In this document: piece by piece, positions 23,601 through 35,351 of the stretch
Layout: every line of letters starts with the position of its first letter
How positions within the stretch are numbered: the first letter of the stretch is position 1
Source: Paraspadella gotoi
Taxonomy: Eukaryota > Animalia > Chaetognatha
Assembly (NCBI GenBank): GCA_051294375.1
Contig: CM119269.1
Location: forward strand, 372,001-436,000
Reading direction: 5' to 3'
Length of the DNA: 64,000 nt
The notes under the pieces: generated by a model
What the model saw: only the letters and a program-made list of their open reading frames with translations
Databases searched by the model: none
Told to the model about the DNA's origin: nothing
Position numbers and translations under genes: made by a program

Positions 23601-26600
23601 TTTTCGTATTACAATTGCAATATTAGTTTGTTAAATATAAACTATAATGTAACTAAATTGAATAACTAAAAAAAATATTACTAGATCATTTTTTAATGAT
23701 ATTTCAAGACTGATGATATTTTTATTTTTGCTCATTCGCTGATTATTATGTCCCTAATATATATCATCTATTTTTGTTACTATTTTCACATGAAATGGTC
23801 GAATTTGTTTTTCAATCGATTTTACAATTAATTTTTTTTGTTTTATTAGAAATTAAAAACGGCGAGCTTCAGGATAAGGAAAAGACGCCGAAACTTTGTT
23901 GGTAACAATTTTTTTTCTGTACAAATTATATTGCTTAGTATTGCATTCATTATGATATTAATTAGATTAAAATCTTGTGTGCATAAGGAATTCATTAATT
24001 ATTATTATTTATTATTTATTTATTTATTATTATAATTATTATTAGAGATGATTTTGTAGGATTTATAATATAGCTTTATTTTGTAAATATTGTGATTTAC
24101 TTCATTTAGTTTTTACTTTTCATTACTTTCAGGATCAATCGGCAGTCCTGCTAGGTCAACAAAATCATTGTGGTTGCAGTCGTCATCAAGCACAGATTGC
24201 CTTTTTTTACATATTATTTCCCCTTTGTCAATTTATTATAAATATTTTTTTTTTTGATTTCAATAATAAAAACGGGCGAAGGGGATAGAAGTATTAATCA
24301 CTGATTTTTTTGCTGTTCTTCTTTCTCTCTGTTTAATCATGAAGTATTTCTGTCAAATAGATCAAAATACTGTGTGTACCATGTGTTATCTTTTATTATA
24401 TATGTAACAATTGTTGCATTTTTCAACACATAATAATTTAACTTAAATAAAAATCTATTCTTTTTATTTTAAATAAAACTTTGTAGGTGTATCAAACTTG
24501 TACATTCTTACGAGTACATTCATAGGAATCAGCTTACCATGTCAATTGTCCTGAGTATGTTTTCATTTATTAGTCGATGAAAAGATAGTATGGTAGTCAG
24601 TGGTGTGTTGACGCTCGTGGCGTCCGACATGTGCGTTACAACATGGATTTAAAGTTTGACGTCTGCGGAGTCACCGCGGACGACCTCGCAATCGAGGCCG
24701 GGCCAAATTATTAGGAAAAGTTTTACAACTGATTCAGTCGCAAAGAATGGGGGGAAAGGGGAAATTAGTATCTGTCTTAGTTTTCAGTTTACCAATGTTT
24801 GAAATGTCGCGGGAGGGAAAAGTTGCCTCTGGAACGTTCAATGCTTTTAACCCCGTTGGGGGTTATTAAACTGTTTTTACACACTTTTTAAAGTTTAAAT
24901 CTCAAAAATGAATAGTTAATTTCACACTTCTTATAAATGTAAACAGATATTTTTATCCGTCATCGTTGCCTATGTGTTGTTTTGAAAAAACATGATTATT
25001 GTTGTGTTAGTGACAGAACCGTTCAATATAAGCAGTCCCTGAGCTTTGGATCAGACTGACACTGTATCATCGAGTTACAGGCGGATTAAGTGCCCCGTCG
25101 CTCTTAACTGCTAGGCGACCACCGGGCTAGAACCCCGGACCTTGGGTAGGGAGGCGAATGACTTGCCTCCGGCGCCAATGGCCGCTGATGAACGGTTGAT
25201 GATTTTAGTCCACCATAGTTTGTTGAATTTTAAACATACAACTTGTTCCAAAATCCGAACGTCATTTAAGAAAAGACGTAAGGCAGCCAACGAGATCGAA
25301 ACCAAAAATACAGAGGCACAAACAAGTGGATTAGTTCAATATCTAGTGTGTTACGTGAATAATTTTTATTTAATTTTTATCAAAAAATTACGTATTTGTA
25401 GAAGAGATCTAATGTATATTGTTCATTAATTTAAACGGCGGCATTACGGAGATTGCGCTTACGGACTACGACATTGTCATCTTCGAACCACTCGAATATG
25501 TTTGTGATTTGCTCATGCGGTTGACTCATTGGCATTAGGGTTGCTGTAATCAATAATTTTTTTTAAAAATTAATATCCGTCTTGTTATGGTTATCTTGGA
25601 ACCGCATATTCTGTACGTTAAATCGCTCACGTAAATGGCTAGTTCTTTAAATAAAAACTGTTTTGTAAAAATTGTAACAAGAAAGCCTTGGCTCAGTTTG
25701 ATTTATTTTATATTAATTACTTGGAAAGTAACATAAAGAATAATAAAAATTGTACCTCAAATTTCGATCGGGTATTTTGTTATTATTTACAACAAGATTT
25801 GACCTTTTACCTAAAAGAATATAATAAAAATAAATAAAAAAAATAAAATGATAAATTATCAATAATAAAGAGTAGAAATATTTATTTTTACAAATATTCA
25901 TGAGCTTTTTTCCCCGATTCATCGAACTTCGATATTCTTTGCTTGATTTCTTTATTGAATCTTTGGCCCGGAATCGAGCATACGACTCGTACCGTGTTCG
26001 TAGTACAAATCCTTATGAACCAAAATTGAAATCCTTAACATAGGGCGACTTGATTACGCGAGGAAGCGGATTTTGGGTGACGTTTTGGGCCATAACTTTT
26101 GAATGCCTGGACCGATTTTGCTGATTTTGTCATGAAGCGCTCGAAACGAATTCCCTATCGTTCGGTACCAAATTTGTACGAGAAAACTTTTAAATAAAAA
26201 TCTTGTGTTCTCGCTACCTTCCCCTATCTCTCTCTCTCTTCCCCTATTCCTCTTTCTCTCTTCCCCTATTCCTCTCTCTCTATCTCTCTCTTCCTATTCC
26301 TCTCTCTCTCTCCCCATTCCCCGTTCCCACCCTCACTCAATTCCACCCACCTGTCCAGTCTCAGTTTCGGCCTCAGTCCGATCCACCCTCTCCTCCTCTT
26401 CCTCTTCCGGCTCAAATCCCGCGTGGCTCTCCTCATCCTCTTCCTCCGCTCTTGGACCGCCAGGGGTCACGGGCTGGCTGCGGGCATCGACGGAGGCTGG
26501 GGGTTCCATCAACCCAGCCAGGTCTCGTGGGGTCTGAGGTGGGGCGTCGTCCATAGAGGAGCCCGGACGGCCCGGGGTGGGCGGGATCGAGGCCGCGCCG

Positions 26601-27129
26601 CCAGGGGTTGGGGGCGGAAGGCCGACCGACTCTGGGGGCAACATGTGGTCATCTTGGCCGTGGTGGGGAGTGAAGGGGGTACGGGTAGCTGTGGGGAAAA
26701 AGAATTAGTGAGTAAATGAATGGTGAGTCTGTGAAGTAGAACCAGTGGCCACAGATAGTTTGTGGACCGAGAGACACTGAGATATCTCTCTCTAGCTCTC
26801 TCCTCTTCTCCCCCGGTCAACCTCAGTTAGAATTTGGATCGCGAATTCAGTTGATAGATTCCGCTCGCTTGGACGATTTTCCCTCGGTATTTTAACCATT
26901 TTCCCTCGGTATTTTAATTATTTTCCTACGGCTTTTACACTACATTTATTGAATGATTTATGACGGATTTCTCTTGGATTATATTTTGATTTCTCTCCGA
27001 TTTCTTTTACATTTTTCGTCGAGATTTGTTGACAGTACAGAGTCAGTGGATGCCTTGTCGGTTGCTGGACCTTTCCTGGACCAACTGATATTGCTTGGAG
27101 CGGCGTAGAGAGACGGAAACTTCTCTACA

Positions 27130-27165
<36 letters not shown>

Positions 27166-30100
27166 GTATTGTCGTCGCTCTCGATCGAGTCGATCTTCCA
27201 GATGGCGTCGGCGATGGCGCGCCCATCGTCTCTCCGCCGTCGTCGTCGTCTTCATGCGGCGCCACCGAGGCCGGTCGCGCGTTGAGCGCCGCGTTGGCCT
27301 TCGCTTCTTCATCGACGTCGCCAGAGACATCCGCGTCGGCATCTGCGTCGGCATCGGCGGCGTCGGCGTATCCGCCCATTGAATAGGCCGAAGGAGGACC
27401 GACCTTGAGGAAAATAAAAGATAGAAAATATTGTTTAATTATTGTAAAAGATCCTCTTTTTCTCTTTCTCTTTCTCTTTCTCTCTCTCTCTCTCTCTGCT
27501 CGTTCTCGCTTCGCTGGTGTCAACGAGTTCGTATCTCCAATATTACTTATTATACTCATCTGAACCCATGATAAACTTTGATACTCAAACAAAAAATCAG
27601 ATTTTATACAGGAAAACTAAGTTTTAAATTAAAAATAAATAAATAAATAAAAAATGAATTGAATTAAATGAATTGAATGACATAAATTAAATGAATGAAT
27701 TGTGGTGGTATATTCACACCGCCTCACGTCCGTCATCCTTCAGCCAAATCCATTGGCTCAGAGGGGGAACACACCATCCCAAGCGTAGTGTTCCATCCAC
27801 AGTCCTAACGACTTCCCTCTGCGTTGGCAAAGCGAGACCGTCCTAGGGTAACCGCGCCAGTGACTGGAGGCGTCACTGAGGGTCGGAAGCCCCCAAAGCC
27901 AACAGTGAGATGCCCCATCCCAATGGGCATCACAGGCAACCCGGCTGTTGCCATAAGTGGTGAGCCCTACTATCGAACACGCAACCTTCTCAGGGTACGC
28001 TACGACAAACGCCTATGCCCTGCCGACTTCGGGTACGCTACGACAAACGCCTATGCCCTGGGGTACGCTACGACAAACGCCTATGCCCCACAACTCGCGC
28101 TCTCTCTCTCTCTCTCTCTCCACTATGGTAACAGTCTTGTCAGACACCTCTCAGGCTTGAGGAACCTGAGTGATGTCTTGGCCCGGGGATCCTGTGGTGG
28201 TATATTCACACCGCCTCACGTCCGTCATCCTTCAGCCAAATCCATTGGCTCAGAGGGGGAACACACCATCCCAAGCGTAGTGTTCCATCCACAGTCCTAA
28301 CGACTTCCCTCTGCGTTGGCAAAGCGAGACCGTCCTAGGGTAACCGCGCCAGTGACTGGAGGCGTCACTGAGGGTCGGAAGCCCCAAAGCCAACAGTGAG
28401 ATGCCCCATCCCAATGGGCATCACAGGCAACCCGGCTGTTGCCATAGAATTTAATTTAAATTTTCAAGGAATAACAGTTTTTTAGTGTGTGACGACGAAT
28501 TTTTATTTCATAAGGACATGTTTCGACTCTGTGGTTGAGAGTCTTCATCAGCATTTGATTTAATCAACTCTCAACCACAGAGTCGAAACATGTCCCTATG
28601 AAATAAAAATTCGTTGTCACACACTAAAAAACTGTTATTCCTTGAACTTAAACACAACGAAAAAGACAGAATCATAACAATTTAAATTTTAAAAAGACCT
28701 GCAGGTGAACGCCCTACTCCTTCCTTCGTCCACCCATGACCTATCTCTTACCGATGGCGGGCCACCAATCGACTCCGGCGCTCCGATTGATTCGTCGCCA
28801 ATCGACTCGGGCGGCCCGACAGAGGGCGGACCGACAGAGGGCGGGCCAATAGACATAGGAGCGGGGTAGTCTTCCATCTCTTCGTCGTCGTTGTCCGACT
28901 CCAACGCCTGCTCCTTCGCTGCTTGCTCCTGCGCTCTCGTTTCTGCTTCTCGGTTCTCTTCCTCGATTCTTTTCGCTTCCGCCCGTGACATACGCTTCTG
29001 CCTTTTGGCCGGGACTTCTCCGGCCGCCGGAATGGACGAATCCAGCGCGGACCCTTCCGGCACCGGCGCTTCGACGCCCGCAGCGCCGCCGCCCTCGCCC
29101 GAGCGGCGCCGCTCGTTCGTCGTTGGCAGAATCGAGGATTTTCGGCCGCGTTTGCCGCGACGCGTCGTGTCGAGGAGAGAGGACTCCCCGATTCTGATGA
29201 AGAATGATGGAGAAGAAATGCAAATGATAAAACTTTAATACTGATGCAGATTTCCTAATAATCGAGAGAATGATTAATAATGATTAATAATGATGGAGAA
29301 ATAACTCACCTTGACGATCCTCTCCCGCCAAGCGAGAATGACTCGCCTCCCCTCATAAGTTCCCGATCGTCAAAAGCGCCGATGTCCCCGAAGTCGTCGT
29401 CGCCCAATTGTTGAAATGAGGAAAAGTCTTCCTTCATTGTGATCTCCTCTGCTCGGGTCTGAAGGAAGGTTGGGGGAATAAATCAATAAATTAATAAATA
29501 AACAAATTAATAAATAATTAAATATAAAAATAAATGAATTAATAACTCCTGTCTAGCTTTAGTTTTTCAGTGTGATCATTCATAGTTAAAATTACATTTG
29601 TTTTGCTATTGAAAATAGTGAAACAAGTAATTTGAAAATTTTCATAAAAAGTAAAACGTTGTACCAATTTCATAACATTAGTAATTGTTTTCCCTTTGAC
29701 CTTGCCCGAATCGAATCCACAAAATTCATACTAATTTAAAATTAAATACAAATTAAAATTAATTATAAATAATTAATAGTTATTAACTATGAATCCGCCA
29801 GCTTCACCTGATTAAGAGTCAGCTGGCTTTGCACATCCAAGTCATTCAGATCCGTCAACGCCGTGTCAAAATCGTGAAAGTTCTCCGGCAAGGTGATGGC
29901 ATTAAGCGCCGCCTCGCGATGATCCTCGGGCAAATCGACGACGCCAGGTCGAAACGCCATCTTGATCTTGACGAAAGCCTCATTGCAATCCGCCAAGAGA
30001 TACTTGGCCTTACGAGAGTAGATGCGGACAACGCCTATGTGGGGAGGGGGCGCAGTTTCAGCATTTATAACCCAATAAGATTTCAAACTAATAGTCGTTT

Positions 30101-30400
30101 ATGTTCTTTAACTTACCCAGCAAAAGATGTCCCGTGGTACGAAGGGCCATTTTGACTTTGGGTTGGATGATGGATTGAACAGAGGATTCTAAGTCTGTTT
30201 CGAAGACGTGAGCCTAAAAAGATTAAGAAAATTAAATTATCATATTATGTTATAAATTGTTAAATAACTTAAGATTCTGACCAAGAACCATCAAAACCTT
30301 GGAAAAGACTTACCTTGGTGAGTTTTTTGTCCCAATGAGCGGCGAGCCAGATTCGAGCGAGTGGCCCTCGCTTGGACAGAACAAAGTGAGCGTAAAACAT
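16534..30400 (-). CDS. rad21: Cohesin kleisin subunit RAD21/Scc1, about 18 exons
   Basis: N-terminus [29 protein letters not shown]|[19 protein letters not shown]|[28 protein letters not shown]; [11 protein letters not shown]; [32 protein letters not shown]; C-terminus [11 protein letters not shown]|[20 protein letters not shown]. Approximate exons 30400-30314, 30213-30117, 30034-29808, 29458-29310, 29193-28752, 27403-27163, 26688-26351, 22144-21934, 21638-21394, 21222-21098, 21032-20801, 20659-20527, 18803-18610, 18433-18339, 17849-17661, 17566-17420, 17047-16862, 16656-16534. Confidence 0.95.
17961..18260. mobile_element. Probable solo LTR (300 bp) in a rad21 intron
   Basis: TGTTATC...GGTTACA termini; flanks AAGTG and AGGTG (5-bp TSD with one mismatch); higher GC than the surrounding intron. 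Confidence 0.6.
18841..20479 (+). mobile_element. Unclassified 1.64-kb insertion in a rad21 intron carrying a TQT-repeat ORF
   Basis: ATTATC at 18835-18840 and 20480-20485; 17-bp direct repeat CTTCAATACCCCTCAAG at 18992 and 20463; PBS-like TGACGCCC after the first repeat. Confidence 0.6.
19506..20216 (+). CDS. Frameshifted ORF with about 8 (S/K/T)TQT-type motifs, putative dynein light chain LC8-binding protein
   Basis: KTQT, STQT x4, STQV, TTQT and QVQT in 19506-19946; continues in shifted frames (DVKTQA, ESTQTR). Confidence 0.5.
23100..23188. repeat. Near-perfect 89-bp palindrome
   Basis: TTCCGTATTATTCTGTGATTAATTGTAACTATTCATGTTTCATA, a one-nt spacer, then the reverse complement with one mismatch. 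Confidence 0.9.
24983..25217 (-). mobile_element. Copy 2 of the 234-bp tRNA-containing LTR-like element (more diverged)
   Basis: GTTT at 24979-24982 and 25218-25221. Confidence 0.85.
27701..28446 (+). mobile_element. TRIM (miniature non-autonomous LTR retrotransposon)
   Basis: LTRs 27701-27955 and 28193-28446 appear to differ by one C; GAAT 4-bp TSD; PBS-like TGGTGAGCCC two nt after the 5' LTR; GGGGATCC before the 3' LTR; no gag/pol. Confidence 0.92.
28463..28646. mobile_element. Fold-back Penelope-type pLTR remnant
   Basis: Arms ~28463-28541 and 28567-28646; contains a hammerhead, AATAAA and an AAACACAACGAAA tail. Confidence 0.8.
28515..28551 (-). ncRNA. Minimal hammerhead ribozyme with intact core
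   Basis: CTGATGA-A-GACTCT CAACCAC AGAGTC-GAAAC-AT-GTC; palindromic ACATGT stem III and GUC triplet; stem I weak. Confidence 0.8.
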
Positions 30401-31314
30401 TTTTTTGATGTTGTGCGAGACGTTGAAGACGTCGAGGAAGAAGAAGCAGAAAAGAAAAAAGAATTCAAAGCGTGGATTACGAGATTCGAACGCGTGTCAT
30501 ATCGGGTCAGTTTCTTTTCTTTCCTCTTTTTATTTTCTGTAAAGTAATGGCGAACGAAACGGCAAACTTTAAGATCCTTTGTTTCAAAAAGGTTTTTAAA
30601 AAACTAATCCGAAAAATCAGATTTAAGAGTCTTGGAAATTAGAAATTACCTCAATAATTATATATATAACAATCATATTGGCAAATAGAAAAAAAGATTT
30701 GAAAAAGTTATAACTGAGATTTTTAGGCCCTATCGACAGTACCTTAAACATAAATACAAAAATTTGACCTCCTGAAAAACATGTTCGGCCGCTAATAAAA
30801 AAATGGCAGTTCAAAAATAATAATGTCAGTCAAAACACAAAACAAGAAATTATTAGGTTATTTTTGATAAGATTTTTTTTTTAAATCTCATTTATGAGCA
30901 TTTTTAAGGTCTTCGTTAGTTCACAAAGAATCACAATCAATACCAAAATTAAACGGAGATCTTTTAGTTTTTTTTTAGCTCCACTCAGATCCTTAGGCTT
31001 AAGCTTTACTCTGCCTCACGGTAAAATACGGTTTTCCAAAATGAATGCTAACGGATGTTATCACAGGTCATGAACAAATCTCACTTCTTTAATAAAAATA
31101 AACAAATTTGGGCCAAATTTTAATTTAGGAGACATAATTTGAAACCACTAACAAGTAAAATAAGAATAATGTTATTCATCTTTAGCTTCGGTTTAGCAAA
31201 CTAAAGCGAGAAGGTTTTGTTCCCGAGTTCCTACTAGCCGAAATCCTGAGCCATTAACCAACCCGTAGACAGGGCCTAGACAGGCCCCTGAGTGGAGGTG
31301 TATACCGCCTCGCT

Positions 31315-32160
31315 TCACTTCTCTCTTAATCCTAATTCAGAGACTTTTTTCTGAGCGGCTGCCATGACAACCATAGCTGTCCCGTTGGAGAGGAAAGAAC
31401 GAATAGACCCAGGGGCTAAACCACGATAAAGTCCAAAGAATCCAACATTTTTGTAAACGGACTTTATCCTGTCCATTGTAGACATTTTGGGACCGAATTG
31501 ACTTTGAACCTGAGATTTTATATATTCAAGAGGCCAGACAACCCACCAGGCCAGAGTGGCCGCTATTCCGCTGACTAGAAAAGGCCCCACGATGGGGCTG
31601 TCGAAGAATCCTGGAAAGTGTCTCCTTTGAGAATCGATAAGAATGAAGTAGGTCGTCATAAGTCCCAGGGTTCGCGACCACGTCACTCCGAATCCCGTAT
31701 ACAGGCTTTTGAATGTCCAGACTTGTCCCGTTTGTCTCTTCACTTTGGCGAACTCCAACGGCGTTTCGATGGCCGCCCGGGCTGTGGAGCCGCATATTCC
31801 GGCAAAGATCACGCGCCACTGCAGGCCAAAGGTGCCAGGGATCTCCCGCGCGGCGATAGAGTCGTTCATCGCCGTGTAGACGCCCTCGAAGACGGCGAAC
31901 TGGGCCGAGCGATAAATGCCCGAGCCCCAGAGGGGAGGCACGCTGCCCCGATAAAGGCCGCGAATGCCTTCCGCTTGGAAGGTCTTAGAGAAGGCTCGCC
32001 ACATGCCCGCGTCCCGAAACCCGGGCTGAGCCTGCATTTTGGTTTTGATCGTATCGAAAGGGTAACCGGCCACGACGTTTGTGACGCCATAAAGAATTCC
32101 GACGCCAAGGCCGATAGATCCTTCCTTTAACCAGTGGCCGCGTTTTTCGTTGTGCGTCAT
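31315..32160 (-). CDS. SLC25 mitochondrial carrier (carnitine/ornithine-carrier-like group), intronless
   Basis: Three Px[DE]xx[KR] signatures (PFDTIKTK, PLEFAKVK, PLEYIKSQ) and GxxGLYRG motifs; ATG at 32160. Confidence 0.93.
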   Translation of the reverse strand: MTHNEKRGHWLKEGSIGLGVGILYGVTNVVAGYPFDTIKTKMQAQPGFRDAGMWRAFSKTFQAEGIRGLYRGSVPPLWGSGIYRSAQFAVFEGVYTAMNDSIAAREIPGTFGLQWRVIFAGICGSTARAAIETPLEFAKVKRQTGQVWTFKSLYTGFGVTWSRTLGLMTTYFILIDSQRRHFPGFFDSPIVGPFLVSGIAATLAWWVVWPLEYIKSQVQSQFGPKMSTMDRIKSVYKNVGFFGLYRGLAPGSIRSFLSNGTAMVVMAAAQKKVSELGLREK

Positions 32161-33364
32161 TTTTGTCACGTCGTCGTCGGCGTTCGTCAATCAAGATTTC
32201 AGATCCAGATTTAGAAATTTCTTAATTTTTACTTTTCATCCATTTTTAAATCCTTTTTACATTATGACAGCTGACACTGGGGAAGAAAAAAAATTCATGA
32301 TTCACTTGGTTTAAAACATTGAGGCGGTTTAAAGCCGTTACCTTATAACATATATGAGGCGACTTGTTTGTCTTGTCTTCTACACAGAAGAGTAGGAGTG
32401 TCAACTAAGACAAACTTTATTTTAAATTGAAACAGCGCCTATTAAATTTGCTGATTTTTAGATTTTATGGTTACTATTAATTAATTTATGTATATTTTTG
32501 TTGATCTAATCATTTTTTAAAAATTGCTTTTAAAATCCGTTTTATGTTAGGTTTCAGGCCTTCGTGCTTATAATTAAGATAAATTAACAAAGCAAAAGAA
32601 ACATCAACGGCTTTGGAAAATGGCGATGAGCTGGTGTTCCCGCTAAGATTCATCCGCCGCCAGACTCTTCCTTTCGCGAAGAAAAGTAGATCCAAGAATT
32701 TTTTTAAGGATTTCTGCCATAAAAAACTGTTATTTAAAACGAGAAAAACTTATATGTATTCTTTCAAACTATATCAATAATAGGTTCATTTTTTACTCTT
32801 AAGCATTTATATTAGTTATTATGCATTTTTGTTGTTTAAAAGATATTGCGTGTTTGATCAGTTACGTATATTATTATCACAGCTAAGAAAAATATTACGT
32901 CTACCGTATTGCTAATAGTCAGCATTTCGAGCTTAATTTCGGCAGAAGAAGAGCAGAACTGTGTTAAATTCATTGGCGTAAAGCTAAATCATACCAACCT
33001 GGAATCTAGGCTTAAACGATACGCTGGATGAAACGAGATGAGCAAGAATATTATATTGGTTGTACCAATTTCATATAAAAACTATAAATAAAAAAATATG
33101 AATAATTATGATTTTAAACAATATCTCATAGAACCCTCTAATTAAAATTAAAAAAAGGTTTTCAAGTTTAAATTTAATAAAAACGGATGAAATTATTTCT
33201 TTTGTCAGTAATTTAAAGGACATCTGCCGTCAAAGAGCGATAACAAATTAAAATAAAAACTCATGTGATCATCTTAATTTCTGAAAACTGGTTGGACGAT
33301 CAACTGTTACAACAACAAAATGACTTTATTTTGTTAAGAGGATGTTTTTCGTCGATCTGCCATC

Positions 33365-34913
33365 ATGGGACATCGACACTCAAACTTATCCCCGCTCGAA
33401 AAAGAGATCGTTAAGGATAACATTCCCTCCACCGAGCGATACTATGGCCTTGTTAATTTCGGCAACACATGCTACTGCAACAGGTGATTCCTGCCCCTCC
33501 CATCTTTCTACTCCTGGTATTGCATTGCAATTAACTCTCACTCCCATCATCTCAATTTCCTCGCAGTGTCCTTCAAGCCTTGTACTTCTGCCAACCATTC
33601 CGCGACCGAGTTCTCCAACACCGCGCCCATTCCAAGCGCAAGACCGAGACCCTCCTCTCCTGTTTGGGCGACCTCTTCCACAACATCTCCTCGCAGAAGA
33701 AACGAGTTGGTACCGTCGCACCGCGCAAATTCGTTTCGCGAGTGAAGAAGGAGGGGCCTTTCGACAACTTCACGCAGCAAGACGCCCACGAGTTCTTGAA
33801 CTATCTGCTCAACAGCATGGCCGACTCTTTGGTCGCAGAAAAGACTGACAAGACGGAGCCTAATCCGACGACGACGACGACGAGAAGAAGACTTGGGACG
33901 TCTCCACCATTCGTCAATCGGCCGACGGGTGCAGGTTCGGCGGCGGCGGCGGTGGCGGCGGCTGCTGCCTCTTCTTCAACCTCCAAGTCATGGATTCACG
34001 AACTCTTCGAAGGAACTCTTAGGAACGAGACGCGCTGCTTGAACTGCGAGACGGTCTCCAGCAAAGACGAAGATTTTCTCGATCTCTCCGTGGACGTTGA
34101 AGACAATTCGTCTCTGTCTCACTCGTTGAGAGTCTTCGCCAACACAGAGACTCTTTGCTCCGATCAAAAATACGACTGCGACGTTTGCCGATCGAAGCAG
34201 GAGGCACAGAAGAGGATGAGGATCAAAAGGGTGAGCGCAGTTTTATTCACAACAACAACAACGATCACAACGACAAACACCTAATTATGTTGACCTTAAC
34301 TACAATATAGGCATATTTTACTAAATTTTATAATGATTACTATATATCAAGGAAGGGAAAATTTATTTTTTATTAGTAACATATTAATATTATTTTACTA
34401 TTAAATTTATAATTGTAGTATTAAATACTTCATTATCTTATTAGCATTATCGAAAAAATATATTTTCTATACTCTTCAGCTGCCCCGAATCTTGGCCTTA
34501 CACCTAAAGCGCTTCAAATACTTGGACGACCTTCAACGCTACACCAAGCTGTCCCACCGCATGGCTTTCCCTGTCGAGCTTCGCCTGTCCCATTCGCCTG
34601 GCGAAACAGGCGACGATAACGACGAGCTGTTTGATCTTGTGGCCGTCGTTGTTCACTGCGGACCCGGGCCCAACAGGTCAGGACTAATCAATATCAATCA
34701 GTTAATTTTACTTGATATAATTAAAATGTTTTATTTCCTTAAAGGGGTCACTACATTTCTCTAGTCAAGAGTCAAGGATTTTGGCTGCTATTCGACGACG
34801 ACGTTGTGGAGCGAATCGACCCAGCGTCGCTCCAGCATTTTTTCGGGATTTCCTCCGAAGTCCAAAAACCCGCGGAAAGCGCCTACATTTTGTTTTATCA
34901 AGCCAGAGATTAA
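33365..34913 (+). CDS. USP12/46: Ubiquitin-specific protease USP12/USP46 family, 4 exons
   Basis: [15 protein letters not shown]|[55 protein letters not shown]|[27 protein letters not shown]; exons 33365-33483, 33567-34230, 34480-34676, 34745-34913. Confidence 0.95.
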
Positions 34914-35351
34914 TGGTGTTATGTTGCTACATTATGTTAAGAAATAAACGTCTAATTTGTGTTAAATCTGTTTTAAATTTTCAATTAAGCGCTAAGATGA
35001 TTCGAGTCAGTCAACCTTTGTTTCCAGCTTTCCCTCTACGTATTGCCCACGTCAGGAATGTGTTGCACGCTTGAAATTTAAGGGTCGAGATTGTGACAAA
35101 ATTATAAATCGGTTTTCACCGATAAAATCACAATCGACCAAAATCAACCTGATCTTTTCTCACCGACGCACAGTGATCCACATGGCTTTAAATATCCGAA
35201 AAAAATCTTTTTTTCTTTTTTACCAAAACCTACTTTTTCCGGTATTACTTTTCTTATAGATCATAGTGCGCCGTCGATCCCAATAAAATTTCCAGGCCAC
35301 GATTACATTTTTTCTTCCCTGAAATTTTTAAAACAAATTTAGGATAAAAAA

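Noticed and set aside
25184-25200. CTGATGA in the 234-bp element as a hammerhead core
   Set aside because: No stem II followed by GAAA and no NUH site; copy 4 has CTGATAA
27993-28088. 28-bp identical repeats resembling a CRISPR array
   Set aside because: Spacers of only 10 and 2 nt, eukaryotic context, inside a TRIM, no cas genes
27824-28300. 158-aa ORF across the TRIM
   Set aside because: No gag or pol motifs; runs through repeats and a microsatellite in GC-rich sequence
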